Shown: in pieces, positions 1 through 7,571 of the stretch
How positions within the stretch are numbered: the first letter of the stretch is position 1
How the letters are laid out: every line of letters starts with the position of its first letter
IMG/VR virus record: IMGVR_UViG_3300030372_000158
Location: 1 to 24,122 of that record
Reading direction: 5' to 3' (one strand)
DNA length: 24,122 nucleotides
Origin: a virus
Taxonomy: Duplodnaviria > Caudoviricetes
The notes under the pieces: model-generated
Databases searched by the model: none
What the model saw: the letters and a program-made list of their open reading frames with translations, nothing else
What the model was told of the DNA's origin: nothing
Translations under genes and position numbers: made by a program

Positions 1-68
1 CCGCCTGTTATTATAAAGTAACGACAATCAGATTCAAATAATGGATTGTATTTCTTATTTAGATTCAG
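1..68 (-). CDS. terL: Terminase large subunit, N-terminal fragment (runs off window); probable CTG start
   Basis: Own translation from CTG at 68: LNLNKKYNPLFESDCRYFIITGG. 'RYFIITGG' matches the strand leading into the terminase Walker A (GGRGSGKS type). Overlaps the TerS stop; in-frame TAG at 72-74. Confidence 0.75.
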   Translation of the reverse strand, partial: MNLNKKYNPLFESDCRYFIITG

Positions 69-315
69 TTTCTACAAAGTTTATTACAGGCATATTAAGA
101 CTTTCCTCATTTGTTGTAACATCAACTCTTTGCTGAGGTTTGCCATAGAAGTATTCAAAGAATAACTTAACCGCCCATTGTTCTTTTTTCTCTAATCCTT
201 TTTTAAGTGATTCTAACGCTATCTCATTCATTGGTGTTAGATTCTCTATTAGCTTTTGTTCTTCTGCTTTTGCCTTGCGTCCTGCGCCTTCTCTTTTTCC
301 TCCGTGTGTACTCAT
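55..315 (-). CDS. terS: Terminase small subunit
   Basis: N-terminal HGGKREGAGRK motif and C-terminal YGKPQQRVDVT are typical of small terminases; lies directly upstream of the TerL fragment. Confidence 0.75.
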   Translation of the reverse strand: MSTHGGKREGAGRKAKAEEQKLIENLTPMNEIALESLKKGLEKKEQWAVKLFFEYFYGKPQQRVDVTTNEESLNMPVINFVETESK

Positions 316-347
316 TTTGAAATAATTTGATTAATCAAGTTGCTAAT

Positions 348-375
348 ATATAATAGAAATTAGAATAATTTATTT
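348..375 (-). promoter_or_regulatory. Putative phage late promoter copy 1 (AAATAA-N12-TCTATTATAT) upstream of terS
   Basis: One of four copies of the same bipartite motif, each directly upstream of a packaging or virion gene. Confidence 0.7.
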
Positions 376-965
376 TGTTCTACTTCTGTTTCTTTAATAA
401 TTCCTTCAGCACAATTTAAAATATGCAAACCTGTTTTAGGCTCTACACAATTTCTTAATGTAACTCCTGCTTTATATCTTGGCTTTGGTATTCCTAAATA
501 TTCTGATAATTCATCAGGTGTACTTCTTGATACATCTATATTTTTTACTTCTAAAGGCGTTACATTAAAATTACTCCAAAAAGGGTGTCTGCCTATTATA
601 AATGATGGTTGTACTAAATAGTCATAATAAGGTATGACGTTTTCTATAATCCATTTACCTTTAAACCAAGACTTCAACAAAATAATTTGTTGATATAAAG
701 TTACATCTATATATTGTTTAGTTTTTTGGCTATAACAGAGTTTACTATGACTAGGACAAGGTGGGCTGCTCCATATAAAGTCAAATTCTTGATAATGGTC
801 TAATAGGTAGTAGTGAGCATCAGTTATAATTACATTATCATTAGGAAACTTACTTTTATATATCCCTGCTATTTCTGCATTTATTTCTACTGCTGTAACT
901 TCGTGTTTATCACCCCACAAAGTTCTATTACCACCTATCCCTGCGTATAAATTTAGTATTTTCAT
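360..965 (-). CDS. Compact DNA (cytosine-5) methyltransferase
   Basis: Motif I (LNLYAGIGG), catalytic motif IV (SSPPC), motif VI (IENV) and motif X-like RNCV; 201 aa. Confidence 0.85.
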   Translation of the reverse strand: MKILNLYAGIGGNRTLWGDKHEVTAVEINAEIAGIYKSKFPNDNVIITDAHYYLLDHYQEFDFIWSSPPCPSHSKLCYSQKTKQYIDVTLYQQIILLKSWFKGKWIIENVIPYYDYLVQPSFIIGRHPFWSNFNVTPLEVKNIDVSRSTPDELSEYLGIPKPRYKAGVTLRNCVEPKTGLHILNCAEGIIKETEVEQNKLF

Positions 966-1345
966 TTGTATTCATTTGGTAACATTAATCTTATTCCTAA
1001 TTCTGTTAAAGCCCATATCCTTATTTGATCTGCATATATCTCAAAGTCTTTAGTGTTCATTCTTGCTGTGCTATTTACTGTTTGTAGTCCTATCTGTCTT
1101 TCATTTATCTCTACACTTTGCCATTCACTTGCAAACTTTACTTTAAGTGTATCGTGCATTTCATCAGGAAAATATCCTAGCTCTGCTGCTAATGGTTGTA
1201 CTATACAAGCCCAGTAATAATTGTTCTGCATATTAGACCTGTTGTTTCTTTGCTTTTTTACTTTAACTATATAATCACTCTGCAATTCTTTAAGGTAATT
1301 AAACAGCGTTTGTTTGTCTTGACTATTCTTTATTACAAAGTTCAT
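962..1345 (-). CDS. NinB/Orf-like recombination protein
   Basis: RSNMQNNYYW...DEMHDTLK...STARMNTKDF pattern resembles the lambda NinB family. Confidence 0.7.
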   Translation of the reverse strand: MNFVIKNSQDKQTLFNYLKELQSDYIVKVKKQRNNRSNMQNNYYWACIVQPLAAELGYFPDEMHDTLKVKFASEWQSVEINERQIGLQTVNSTARMNTKDFEIYADQIRIWALTELGIRLMLPNEYK

Positions 1346-1551
1346 AGTTGTGCCATCCTTCTAGCTAGACTGTTTTCAAGTCTTGCCTTTAGTTCATCAC
1401 CTATTATTCTTCTTATCCTTCTGTGTGATACATTAAAAACTTCTTCCATTTCTTTTGATGTATTTGCTTTAGGATTATTATAAAAATATTCTATAACTTT
1501 CTTTGCTAATACCTTTGGCTCTTTTACTATTCTTATTGGTTTATTTTTCAT
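1342..1551 (-). CDS. Small helix-turn-helix protein
   Basis: TSKEMEEVFNVSHRRIRRII resembles an HTH; ATGA-coupled to the next gene. Confidence 0.5.
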   Translation of the reverse strand: MKNKPIRIVKEPKVLAKKVIEYFYNNPKANTSKEMEEVFNVSHRRIRRIIGDELKARLENSLARRMAQL

Positions 1552-1812
1552 TTAATCAAATGGTTCATTGATACCTCGTTCACCTACTAATTTTTCTTTT
1601 GCTCCATCCCATAAGTAATCACCTCTTTTTTTTTTACTTAAAGATGCTTCTGTTCTTTTAAGACTTGGTATTCCTTCTTCAGGTTCACTATCCATATATT
1701 TACCGCAACTGCACTTAGCTTCTTTGCATACCCATTTTCCAGACCTTAGAACAATAGTAGCCCTGCCTATTTCTTTTGATTCTTTACCACACTCACAACT
1801 ATATAATGTCAT
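1552..1812 (-). CDS. Hypothetical zinc-ribbon-like protein
   Basis: YSCECG ... CSCGKYM cysteine pairs; tight operon packing. Confidence 0.5.
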   Translation of the reverse strand: MTLYSCECGKESKEIGRATIVLRSGKWVCKEAKCSCGKYMDSEPEEGIPSLKRTEASLSKKKRGDYLWDGAKEKLVGERGINEPFD

Positions 1813-2075
1813 TTTGCTAGTCCTCCTGCTTTAGTATCACTTTTTTTATATAGCTTATCTAATTCAAAGTGTAAGTGGTTAATGGCTTTTCTAATATCTT
1901 GCTCTTCAGGATTTCCATCTTTTTTACCAGCTCTTAATAGGTAGCTTACTGCTGTTCCTGTATTGTAACTTAAATCAAAATCTTCAACCACTTTTCTAGC
2001 TGAATATCCATACTTTTTGCCCTGATAATAATGTGGCTCAGGATTGGTTGTATAATCTTCTCCTTTCTTTGTCAT
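1809..2075 (-). CDS. DUF3310-like protein
   Basis: PHYY...G.AVSYLLRAGKK....QDIRKAI..L matches the common phage DUF3310 pattern. Confidence 0.7.
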   Translation of the reverse strand: MTKKGEDYTTNPEPHYYQGKKYGYSARKVVEDFDLSYNTGTAVSYLLRAGKKDGNPEEQDIRKAINHLHFELDKLYKKSDTKAGGLAK

Positions 2076-2256
2076 TTTCTAAAATTTTAATTAATGTTTT
2101 TTGTGTGTTTAGTGTTCTTGGTCTTTTAAAGCCACGATACTCTTCAGGATTAAATATTAGCTTTACTTCTCTAACTAATCCATCATCATCATACTTTACT
2201 ATCCATCTACTTGAATAGTGTAGCTTGTTTCTTTTTAGGTGTGTTAAATAACTCAT
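2038..2256 (-). CDS. Hypothetical basic protein
   Basis: 72-aa ORF, ATGA-coupled to the upstream gene. Confidence 0.5.
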   Translation of the reverse strand: MSYLTHLKRNKLHYSSRWIVKYDDDGLVREVKLIFNPEEYRGFKRPRTLNTQKTLIKILENDKERRRLYNQS

Positions 2257-2657
2257 ATTTTATATTTTTCGTATAGTTTTTTTATTCCATCATAACAGCT
2301 TGATAAACAAGAACCGCAATTAGTTCCTGTTGAATAGCTGGTGTTAAAAATAGTATTATATGTTTCTATCATTCTTTTCTTAGCTTGTATATTTTTTGCT
2401 TTTCCTGTTTTTAAATCTTTCCACATATCTAATATTTCATCTATTAAATGTTGTGGTAAATCATCAGGAGCTTTTATTACCTCTGTTGTTTTTTGCCAAT
2501 AACCCTGTGGACATGACATAGGTGCGATTCGTGCTTTAATTTTCATGAAACACATACACCTCTTGCAGTTTCCTGTGGGTTTAAAATAATAAACACAAGA
2601 TTTACAGATAGCTATCCTGTCTTCATATATTTCATTTGGAACAAAAAACTTATTCAT
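2253..2657 (-). CDS. Cys-rich putative zinc-binding protein (DUF6171-like N-terminus)
   Basis: RIAICKSC...CKRCMCFMKIK...CPQGYW plus C-terminal CGSCLSSC. Start placed at 2657 (MNKFF) rather than 2672 because it forms an ATGA overlap with the upstream micro-ORF. Confidence 0.6.
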   Translation of the reverse strand: MNKFFVPNEIYEDRIAICKSCVYYFKPTGNCKRCMCFMKIKARIAPMSCPQGYWQKTTEVIKAPDDLPQHLIDEILDMWKDLKTGKAKNIQAKKRMIETYNTIFNTSYSTGTNCGSCLSSCYDGIKKLYEKYKI

Positions 2658-2737
2658 TTGTTCATCCTCCATTTAGGATAAGCAAAGCCAAACTGCATTA
2701 CAAAGCTATCATGTGTATTTGGATTATATAGTTTCAT
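2654..2737 (-). CDS. 27-aa micro-ORF (MKLYNPNTHDSFVMQFGFAYPKWRMNK)
   Basis: Own translation; starts inside the end of the sigma gene and its stop overlaps the next ATG, bridging the gap exactly. Confidence 0.45.
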   Translation of the reverse strand: MKLYNPNTHDSFVMQFGFAYPKWRMNK

Positions 2738-3305
2738 TTAATTCTTTTTTTAATATTTCTCTAACCTTATCTATTGTTGTAAACAAACTATTTCTGCTTA
2801 TTCTAGTCTTTGCAGCGAGTGAATCTAATGTGTTTCCCTCATAGTAATATAATTTAAATAATTCTCTGTCATACCAATTTAACTTGTCCAATTCAACATC
2901 AATCATCTCTAACTTATTTAATTGAACATGGTCTATTTTTTCATCAGGAAGGTTTGATATAGTTTTATAATTAACACCATCACCTGTATAATCACTATGA
3001 TCAAAAGTTTTAGTGCAATTATAAATAGAGCTGTCAATATGTGTATAATACTTTTCATACTTATAGTAAAAATTACTTCTTGTGCTTGTTAATGCTCTTC
3101 TTAAAGCAACAGCCCCATATCTTGTCACCCCATCTATTCCATCTTTATCATAAATACCCTTTAATGTATCAGGATTCATACTAAGAAAATAGAGCATCAA
3201 CTCCTGTACCGCTTCATGTATTTTGTTTTCATCTGTTGTAAGACCATAAGCCATTGTTCTAAACTTATCTGTGAGCTTTGATATTTCTATATATATCTCA
3301 GTCAT
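2724..3305 (-). CDS. Phage-encoded ECF-like RNA polymerase sigma factor
   Basis: Region-2-like IHEAVQELMLYF and region-4 HTH LNWYDRELFKLYYYEGNTLDSLAAKTRISRNSLFTTI; 193 aa. Confidence 0.75.
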   Translation of the reverse strand: MTEIYIEISKLTDKFRTMAYGLTTDENKIHEAVQELMLYFLSMNPDTLKGIYDKDGIDGVTRYGAVALRRALTSTRSNFYYKYEKYYTHIDSSIYNCTKTFDHSDYTGDGVNYKTISNLPDEKIDHVQLNKLEMIDVELDKLNWYDRELFKLYYYEGNTLDSLAAKTRISRNSLFTTIDKVREILKKELNETI

Positions 3306-3654
3306 TGTATGGTTTTATTCCATCAATCCTATCCACAGTTTCATGAAGCATTTGATCTAAGACTACTTTATATGCTTTCACTACTGCTGAATTGCTTTTA
3401 GTTTCTAACCCTGCAAAAAAACCGCTTGTAGCGACTGAGAGGTTTATCGGTATAATCATTAACCAATCATAGAAGTTATTTTCTTTCACTCCTTTCCCAT
3501 AGTTGTTGTGGTATTCAAGAATAATATCTATAACTTCAAGATAATTTTGGTATTTTGCTTTGCTGCTAATGTCTTGTGCAAATTCTTTACACATATTAAT
3601 GTAGATGTCAATTATAGCTTTATGTCTGTCGCTTGAATAAATTGGTTGCTGCAT
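3298..3654 (-). CDS. Hypothetical helical protein
   Basis: 118-aa ORF overlapping the sigma start. Confidence 0.55.
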   Translation of the reverse strand: MQQPIYSSDRHKAIIDIYINMCKEFAQDISSKAKYQNYLEVIDIILEYHNNYGKGVKENNFYDWLMIIPINLSVATSGFFAGLETKSNSAVVKAYKVVLDQMLHETVDRIDGIKPYND

Positions 3655-3658
3655 ACGC

Positions 3659-3666
3659 CAAAGTTA
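3659..3666 (-). promoter_or_regulatory. Possible Bacteroidota -7 promoter element (TAACTTTG)
   Basis: Matches TAnnTTTG in the only intergenic gap here, 4 nt upstream of the ATG at 3654; no TTG -33 element at the canonical spacing. Confidence 0.4.
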
Positions 3667-3675
3667 TAAAAAATG

Positions 3676-4086
3676 TTACTCTATTCCTTTTTCTTTTTTT
3701 AAGTTTTCAACAATTGATTTGTAATATCTTATTTCTTCTTCATATTCAGCCCTCATTCTTTTTACTGTTGTGTGTGCTAAAAATTCTAATTCACTAGATG
3801 TGCCTTCACCATATTTATGGTCTAATGCTAATCCAAACTTCCATTGTTCTCCTTGCTCAAACATATTGCATTTTACACATTGGACTTGACAGTTGTGTTC
3901 ATTCCATCTTGTGGAGTGATGCCTTCTTGATTGAAAGTGTCCGCATTGTAATTTCTTATAATGTCCAATTTTATTACACGTAAAGCATTGCACAATGCCT
4001 TCTGAAGTTGCATCTCTTAGTCTAATATAAAGACTAAACCATTTGTCTAGTTCTTTTTTTAGTTTGCTTATTGTTTTTTTTACCAT
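3676..4086 (-). CDS. NinG/Rap-like endonuclease
   Basis: FSLYIRLRD...CFTC...CGHFQSRRHHSTRWNEHNCQVQCVKCN is the NinG family signature. Confidence 0.85.
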   Translation of the reverse strand: MVKKTISKLKKELDKWFSLYIRLRDATSEGIVQCFTCNKIGHYKKLQCGHFQSRRHHSTRWNEHNCQVQCVKCNMFEQGEQWKFGLALDHKYGEGTSSELEFLAHTTVKRMRAEYEEEIRYYKSIVENLKKEKGIE

Positions 4087-4406
4087 AAAACCTCTTGTAA
4101 CAATTGTGCAGGTGGTGGAGTATAAGTATATTGTGCAATTGTTGTAGTTCTTCCGAATCTCGTCTTTTTACTTAAAGAAATGCTATCTATATCATATCCA
4201 TTTTTTTTATGTTTAAATATTATGGAAGACAATCTAGTAGCTCCATACTCTTTTATAGCTTCATAGCTTGTTATGCTTCCATAAGTTTTTAGATGCCAAA
4301 GAACTGCATCTGATTGACTTTTAACTTCTTTTTCACTAATTGTAATTGTTTTCATTGTCTTATTTTTCTTATTAGCCACATTATAATGGCTGTTAATATT
4401 ACCCAT
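4080..4406 (-). CDS. Winged-helix protein (HTH_39-like); true start may be 4355
   Basis: VLWHLKTYGSITSYEAIKEYGATRLSSIIF..KKNGYDI pattern. Confidence 0.7.
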   Translation of the reverse strand: MGNINSHYNVANKKNKTMKTITISEKEVKSQSDAVLWHLKTYGSITSYEAIKEYGATRLSSIIFKHKKNGYDIDSISLSKKTRFGRTTTIAQYTYTPPPAQLLQEVLW

Positions 4407-4410
4407 CCTA

Positions 4411-4773
4411 TCATCTTAAAAGTTTTATTGGTTCTTGATAAAAAGGAACATTCTTTTGTCCTAACGTATGTACTTGATGATAAGCGTTGTCTATTACTTT
4501 TTTATGTGCATACGTCCATTTGTAAAAGGTTCTAATATTTAAAAATGGTTCATCTTTTCCAAATCTTACTCCTTGATGGAATGCATCTTCAACTTGGTTA
4601 AATGTTAGATTTTTAAAACGGTTTTCTTGTATTAAGTCTTGCGCAAATATTTTACTAAGACTAGCCATTGTCTGAGGGTCTGTCTTATGTCCTATTTCAA
4701 CTGATGTCTTTGCAACTAAGTCTAGGACTTTCTCAGTTAATTCTTTTAAGTTTTCGTCTTTTAATGTTTTCAT
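4411..4773 (-). CDS. Hypothetical protein in helicase-loader position
   Basis: 120 aa, directly downstream of the initiator; function inferred from position only. Confidence 0.5.
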   Translation of the reverse strand: MKTLKDENLKELTEKVLDLVAKTSVEIGHKTDPQTMASLSKIFAQDLIQENRFKNLTFNQVEDAFHQGVRFGKDEPFLNIRTFYKWTYAHKKVIDNAYHQVHTLGQKNVPFYQEPIKLLR

Positions 4774-5363
4774 AATAATTTTTTTGCTTCATGCCAAGCA
4801 CTTATTTGAGCATCTAGCTTTGACATTGTTTTTGGTTTATCCCACTTCTTTTGATTTTTTGACCAACGTAATAATCGTAATTTTATTTCAAATGTGCTTT
4901 GTTTTTGAAAACGCATTTTCTTTTTTCCTTCAGTCCAATAATTAATAAAATCTTCTAACATATCTTTAGGATAATCAAAAGTCATAACCTCATTAACAAA
5001 TTTTTCTTTTATATATATATTATTACTTGTATTATTAATACTTGTATTATTACCTGTGACTTTTTCGTCAATAGGGGTATCTACTTTTTGTACTATACCT
5101 ATAATCCTTTTTGTTATTTGGTTGTTAGAATTACGTTCTATTTGAATAGTTATAAATCCTAATCTTTTTAAATCACTTATCCAGCGAGAGATTGTGTTTT
5201 TATTTACGTTATACAATTCGGAAAAATAATTATTACTTGCAAAGCAATACCCTGTCTTGCCACTTAGGGCTGTTATTTCGCCATAAAGAAGTTTAGCATT
5301 GGGTTTTAAATTGGAATACCTAACCTTAGCAGGGATGATAGCATAGTAGTTAGGTTTCTCCAT
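4770..5363 (-). CDS. Phage replication initiator / replisome organizer (N-terminal HTH)
   Basis: YYAIIPAKVRY..LKPNAKLLYGEITALS...GYCFASNNYFSELY..TISRWIS.L, followed by an Asn-rich linker. Confidence 0.8.
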   Translation of the reverse strand: MEKPNYYAIIPAKVRYSNLKPNAKLLYGEITALSGKTGYCFASNNYFSELYNVNKNTISRWISDLKRLGFITIQIERNSNNQITKRIIGIVQKVDTPIDEKVTGNNTSINNTSNNIYIKEKFVNEVMTFDYPKDMLEDFINYWTEGKKKMRFQKQSTFEIKLRLLRWSKNQKKWDKPKTMSKLDAQISAWHEAKKLL

Positions 5364-5872
5364 TATATAATCTTTATTGTGTAATGATAATTTTTCATGC
5401 CAAACTTAACATTTTCTAATTGATTAGAAAAGTCAAAATAAGAAGTTTTTATAATACAAGTTGCATCACCGCTTTTAATTTCTAGGAATACTTGCGCTTT
5501 ATCATTTTCTCTAACCCCACTTTGGATCAAGTGTCTTTTCATAAAGTCATCATCTAAAAAGGTTAATTTAGTGCTGTCTATATCCTTATAACCTCTATAT
5601 ACTTTGTTAAAAGTATTTCTGTAAATAATGCATGTAGCGTAATTGGTTTTATGTCCATGCTCATAGTGATAAATCAAGCTCCTATCCCTGTTTAATACTT
5701 TAGCAATTACCGTTCTGTGTATGTTCTCTTCACTTCTTCCGATATAAGCAGCAACAGACCTAGCCACTTGTAATGGTCGTTTTCTGCTCTTTAAAGATAA
5801 AGCACCATCTTTGAATCCCATTAGCTTTGTAGTAAGATTGCAGATGTTTTTAAAGTTGTCTTCTTCAGTCAT
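5363..5872 (-). CDS. Protein with DnaA C-terminal (domain IV)-like HTH
   Basis: SRKRPLQVARSVAAYI....IAKVLNRDRSLIYHY resembles Bac_DnaA_C. Start placed at 5872, 1 nt after the SSB stop; the ORF track uses 5905. Confidence 0.65.
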   Translation of the reverse strand: MTEEDNFKNICNLTTKLMGFKDGALSLKSRKRPLQVARSVAAYIGRSEENIHRTVIAKVLNRDRSLIYHYEHGHKTNYATCIIYRNTFNKVYRGYKDIDSTKLTFLDDDFMKRHLIQSGVRENDKAQVFLEIKSGDATCIIKTSYFDFSNQLENVKFGMKNYHYTIKII

Positions 5873-5873
5873 A

Positions 5874-6194
5874 TTAAAATGGCATAAATTCTGAATCCTC
5901 TTCATTTACTTCAGAGGTATTACTTTGATTGCTAAACCAATATCCATCAATATTATGATAGTATTTGCCTTTGTATTCTCTTGAATATACATTGCATTTA
6001 ATGTTTACAGTTGCACCAACTTCTAGCTTATTCATTTGTTTTATTTTATCATCCCCAAAACATTTGATTGCTACCAAGTTATTAAACTCTGCATCTGTTT
6101 CTACAATACAAGTTTGACTTGTCCATGACTTACCTGCTTTACTTGTTCCTGCTTCTGCTTGTAATTTTTTCACTAGTTTTCCTGTTACTTCCAT
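5874..6194 (-). CDS. Single-stranded DNA-binding protein (DUF3127-like)
   Basis: MEVTGKL...GTSKAGKSW...SREYKGKYY with acidic tail EEDSEFMPF. Confidence 0.8.
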   Translation of the reverse strand: MEVTGKLVKKLQAEAGTSKAGKSWTSQTCIVETDAEFNNLVAIKCFGDDKIKQMNKLEVGATVNIKCNVYSREYKGKYYHNIDGYWFSNQSNTSEVNEEDSEFMPF

Positions 6195-6199
6195 TTTTT

Positions 6200-6373
6200 T
6201 TATTTTTTAATTAATTCTCTAATTTTATGTATTTTTCTTCTTGCATCTATTATTTGCAACTTTAATTCTACATTATTTTGTCGTACCCTTTCGTTTTCTT
6301 TTAGTAGTCTTTCTACTTCTTTGCTTTTATCTAAGGGTGTGTTAATGCTGTTTTTTGGCATATAATTTTTCAT
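6200..6373 (-). CDS. 57-aa coiled-coil protein (below ORF track cutoff)
   Basis: Own translation MKNYMPKNSINTPLDKSKEVERLLKENERVRQNNVELKLQIIDARRKIHKIRELIKK; A-rich leader; fills the gap. Confidence 0.65.
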   Translation of the reverse strand: MKNYMPKNSINTPLDKSKEVERLLKENERVRQNNVELKLQIIDARRKIHKIRELIKK

Positions 6374-6392
6374 GATTTATTATTTAGTTAGT

Positions 6393-6476
6393 AAAAAAAG
6401 AAAGTGAAAAGGAATTGATAACACCACAAGTATAATCGCTGAATTATTAATTTATTATCTAACCCTTTCACTTTCT
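6393..6476 (-). other. Long intergenic stem-loop followed by U-tract (terminator or structured RNA)
   Basis: AGAAAGUGAAAGGG pairs with CCUUUUCACUUUCU (14 bp, one G-U), inner GAUAAUA/UGUUAUC stem, then a U run. Confidence 0.6.
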
Positions 6477-6479
6477 ATG

Positions 6480-6866
6480 TTATTTCTTTTTGAACTCTTC
6501 TGCTTCATCTTCACCAAATACGCCTAATTCATAGAAGCCAGTTAATTTAAGGACTGCCCTACTTAATGCTCTTTTTTCTGCCATCTCTAAAACATACCAG
6601 CTATTCGTGTTCCCATCTTTGTATGTTTCACCTTTTAAAGCTGAACCAAATGTTTCAATAGTTAAATCCTCTTTTGTTGCAGTTGCTTTTACTCCTGCAA
6701 AGCTAGGTTCTGAATTTACAACTTCATACCAAATCTTTATAGATTCTAACGCTTGTATTTTCTCTATTCCTGACCTTGTAATGATTATGTAATGCTGATG
6801 CTTAAAAACATCATCTTTGGTTAAATTGTATTTGATATATTTTTCTTTTAATAGTTCGGTTTTCAT
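6480..6866 (-). CDS. Putative single-strand annealing protein (Rad52/Sak-like fold)
   Basis: ITRSGIEKI...VKATA...TFGSA...EMAEKRALSRAVLKLTG resembles SSAP cores; near the SSB gene. Confidence 0.45.
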   Translation of the reverse strand: MKTELLKEKYIKYNLTKDDVFKHQHYIIITRSGIEKIQALESIKIWYEVVNSEPSFAGVKATATKEDLTIETFGSALKGETYKDGNTNSWYVLEMAEKRALSRAVLKLTGFYELGVFGEDEAEEFKKK

Positions 6867-7147
6867 TATCTTAAATTTATTATTAGTGCTTTATTTTTAT
6901 ATAGTTTTTTATATTCTTTTAGTTTATCTTTATCTTCAAAGTCGTATGCTTCATCAAGATTAAGTCCTGATTTTTCACAATAATCATCTAGCCCCTTGTC
7001 TATTTGTTTTCTTGTTCCAAATATTCTAATTGCTGTACTGTATTGCTCAAGGTCAGATTCATAGCAATGAAAATGTTCATTCCATCTTGAAGTGTTTTTA
7101 TAACTACCATCAGGATAAAAATAATAGGTATCGCATTCTAGTTTCAT
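6866..7147 (-). CDS. Hypothetical early protein
   Basis: 93 aa, TAATG-coupled to the next gene. Confidence 0.55.
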   Translation of the reverse strand: MKLECDTYYFYPDGSYKNTSRWNEHFHCYESDLEQYSTAIRIFGTRKQIDKGLDDYCEKSGLNLDEAYDFEDKDKLKEYKKLYKNKALIINLR

Positions 7148-7149
7148 AA

Positions 7150-7380
7150 TTAGTAGTTTAAATGTATATGTAAGAACGCTGATGCTACCATTAGAGCCAT
7201 TAGACTAAATAAACATAAGTAATATTTAAAGTTACTTATCTCATCTTTAGTTTCCCCAATGATATAATCTTCACTTTGATTAATAAATTCACCCTTAGCA
7301 TTTTTAGCGTAAAAGAAATCTGCTGCTCCCTTACCACTTAGGTTAAAGCTGTGACCTGTTTTTTTGTTTGTAATTTTCAT
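7150..7380 (-). CDS. Early protein with C-terminal transmembrane helix
   Basis: Ends YYLCLFSLMALMVASAFLHIHLNY; first gene after the host-type promoter. Confidence 0.6.
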   Translation of the reverse strand: MKITNKKTGHSFNLSGKGAADFFYAKNAKGEFINQSEDYIIGETKDEISNFKYYLCLFSLMALMVASAFLHIHLNY

Positions 7381-7407
7381 TTGTTTTTGTTTTAATTAAT
7401 AATGGTA

Positions 7408-7437
7408 CAAACATACAACAAATATTTAAATTCACAA
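7408..7437 (-). promoter_or_regulatory. Bacteroidota/Flavobacterium housekeeping promoter (-33 TTG, 19-nt spacer, -7 TATGTTTG)
   Basis: Minus strand reads TTG tgaatttaaatatttgttg TATGTTTG, an exact match to TTG-N19-TAnnTTTG, 27 nt upstream of ATG 7380. Confidence 0.85.
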
Positions 7438-7493
7438 CTATATTAACACAAATATTAATAAAGTTATCAACAATTAGGATGTTAATAAGATAA

Positions 7494-7571
7494 TTAAAGG
7501 GATAGAAGTATTACCACTAGGATAATAAGCATATATATAAAGAATAGGCGCATAGAGGCGTTTTCGTCCAT
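7494..7571 (-). CDS. 25-aa single-TM microprotein (MDENASMRLFFIYMLIILVVILLSL)
   Basis: Own translation; TAATG overlap with the phosphoesterase stop; 17 consecutive hydrophobic or neutral residues. Confidence 0.5.
   Translation of the reverse strand: MDENASMRLFFIYMLIILVVILLSL

Noticed and set aside
72-77. Amber (TAG) recoding, suggested by TTG-TAG before TerL and the rarity of TAG stops
   Set aside because: All long genes are intact under the standard code with no internal TAG, and I saw no suppressor tRNA.
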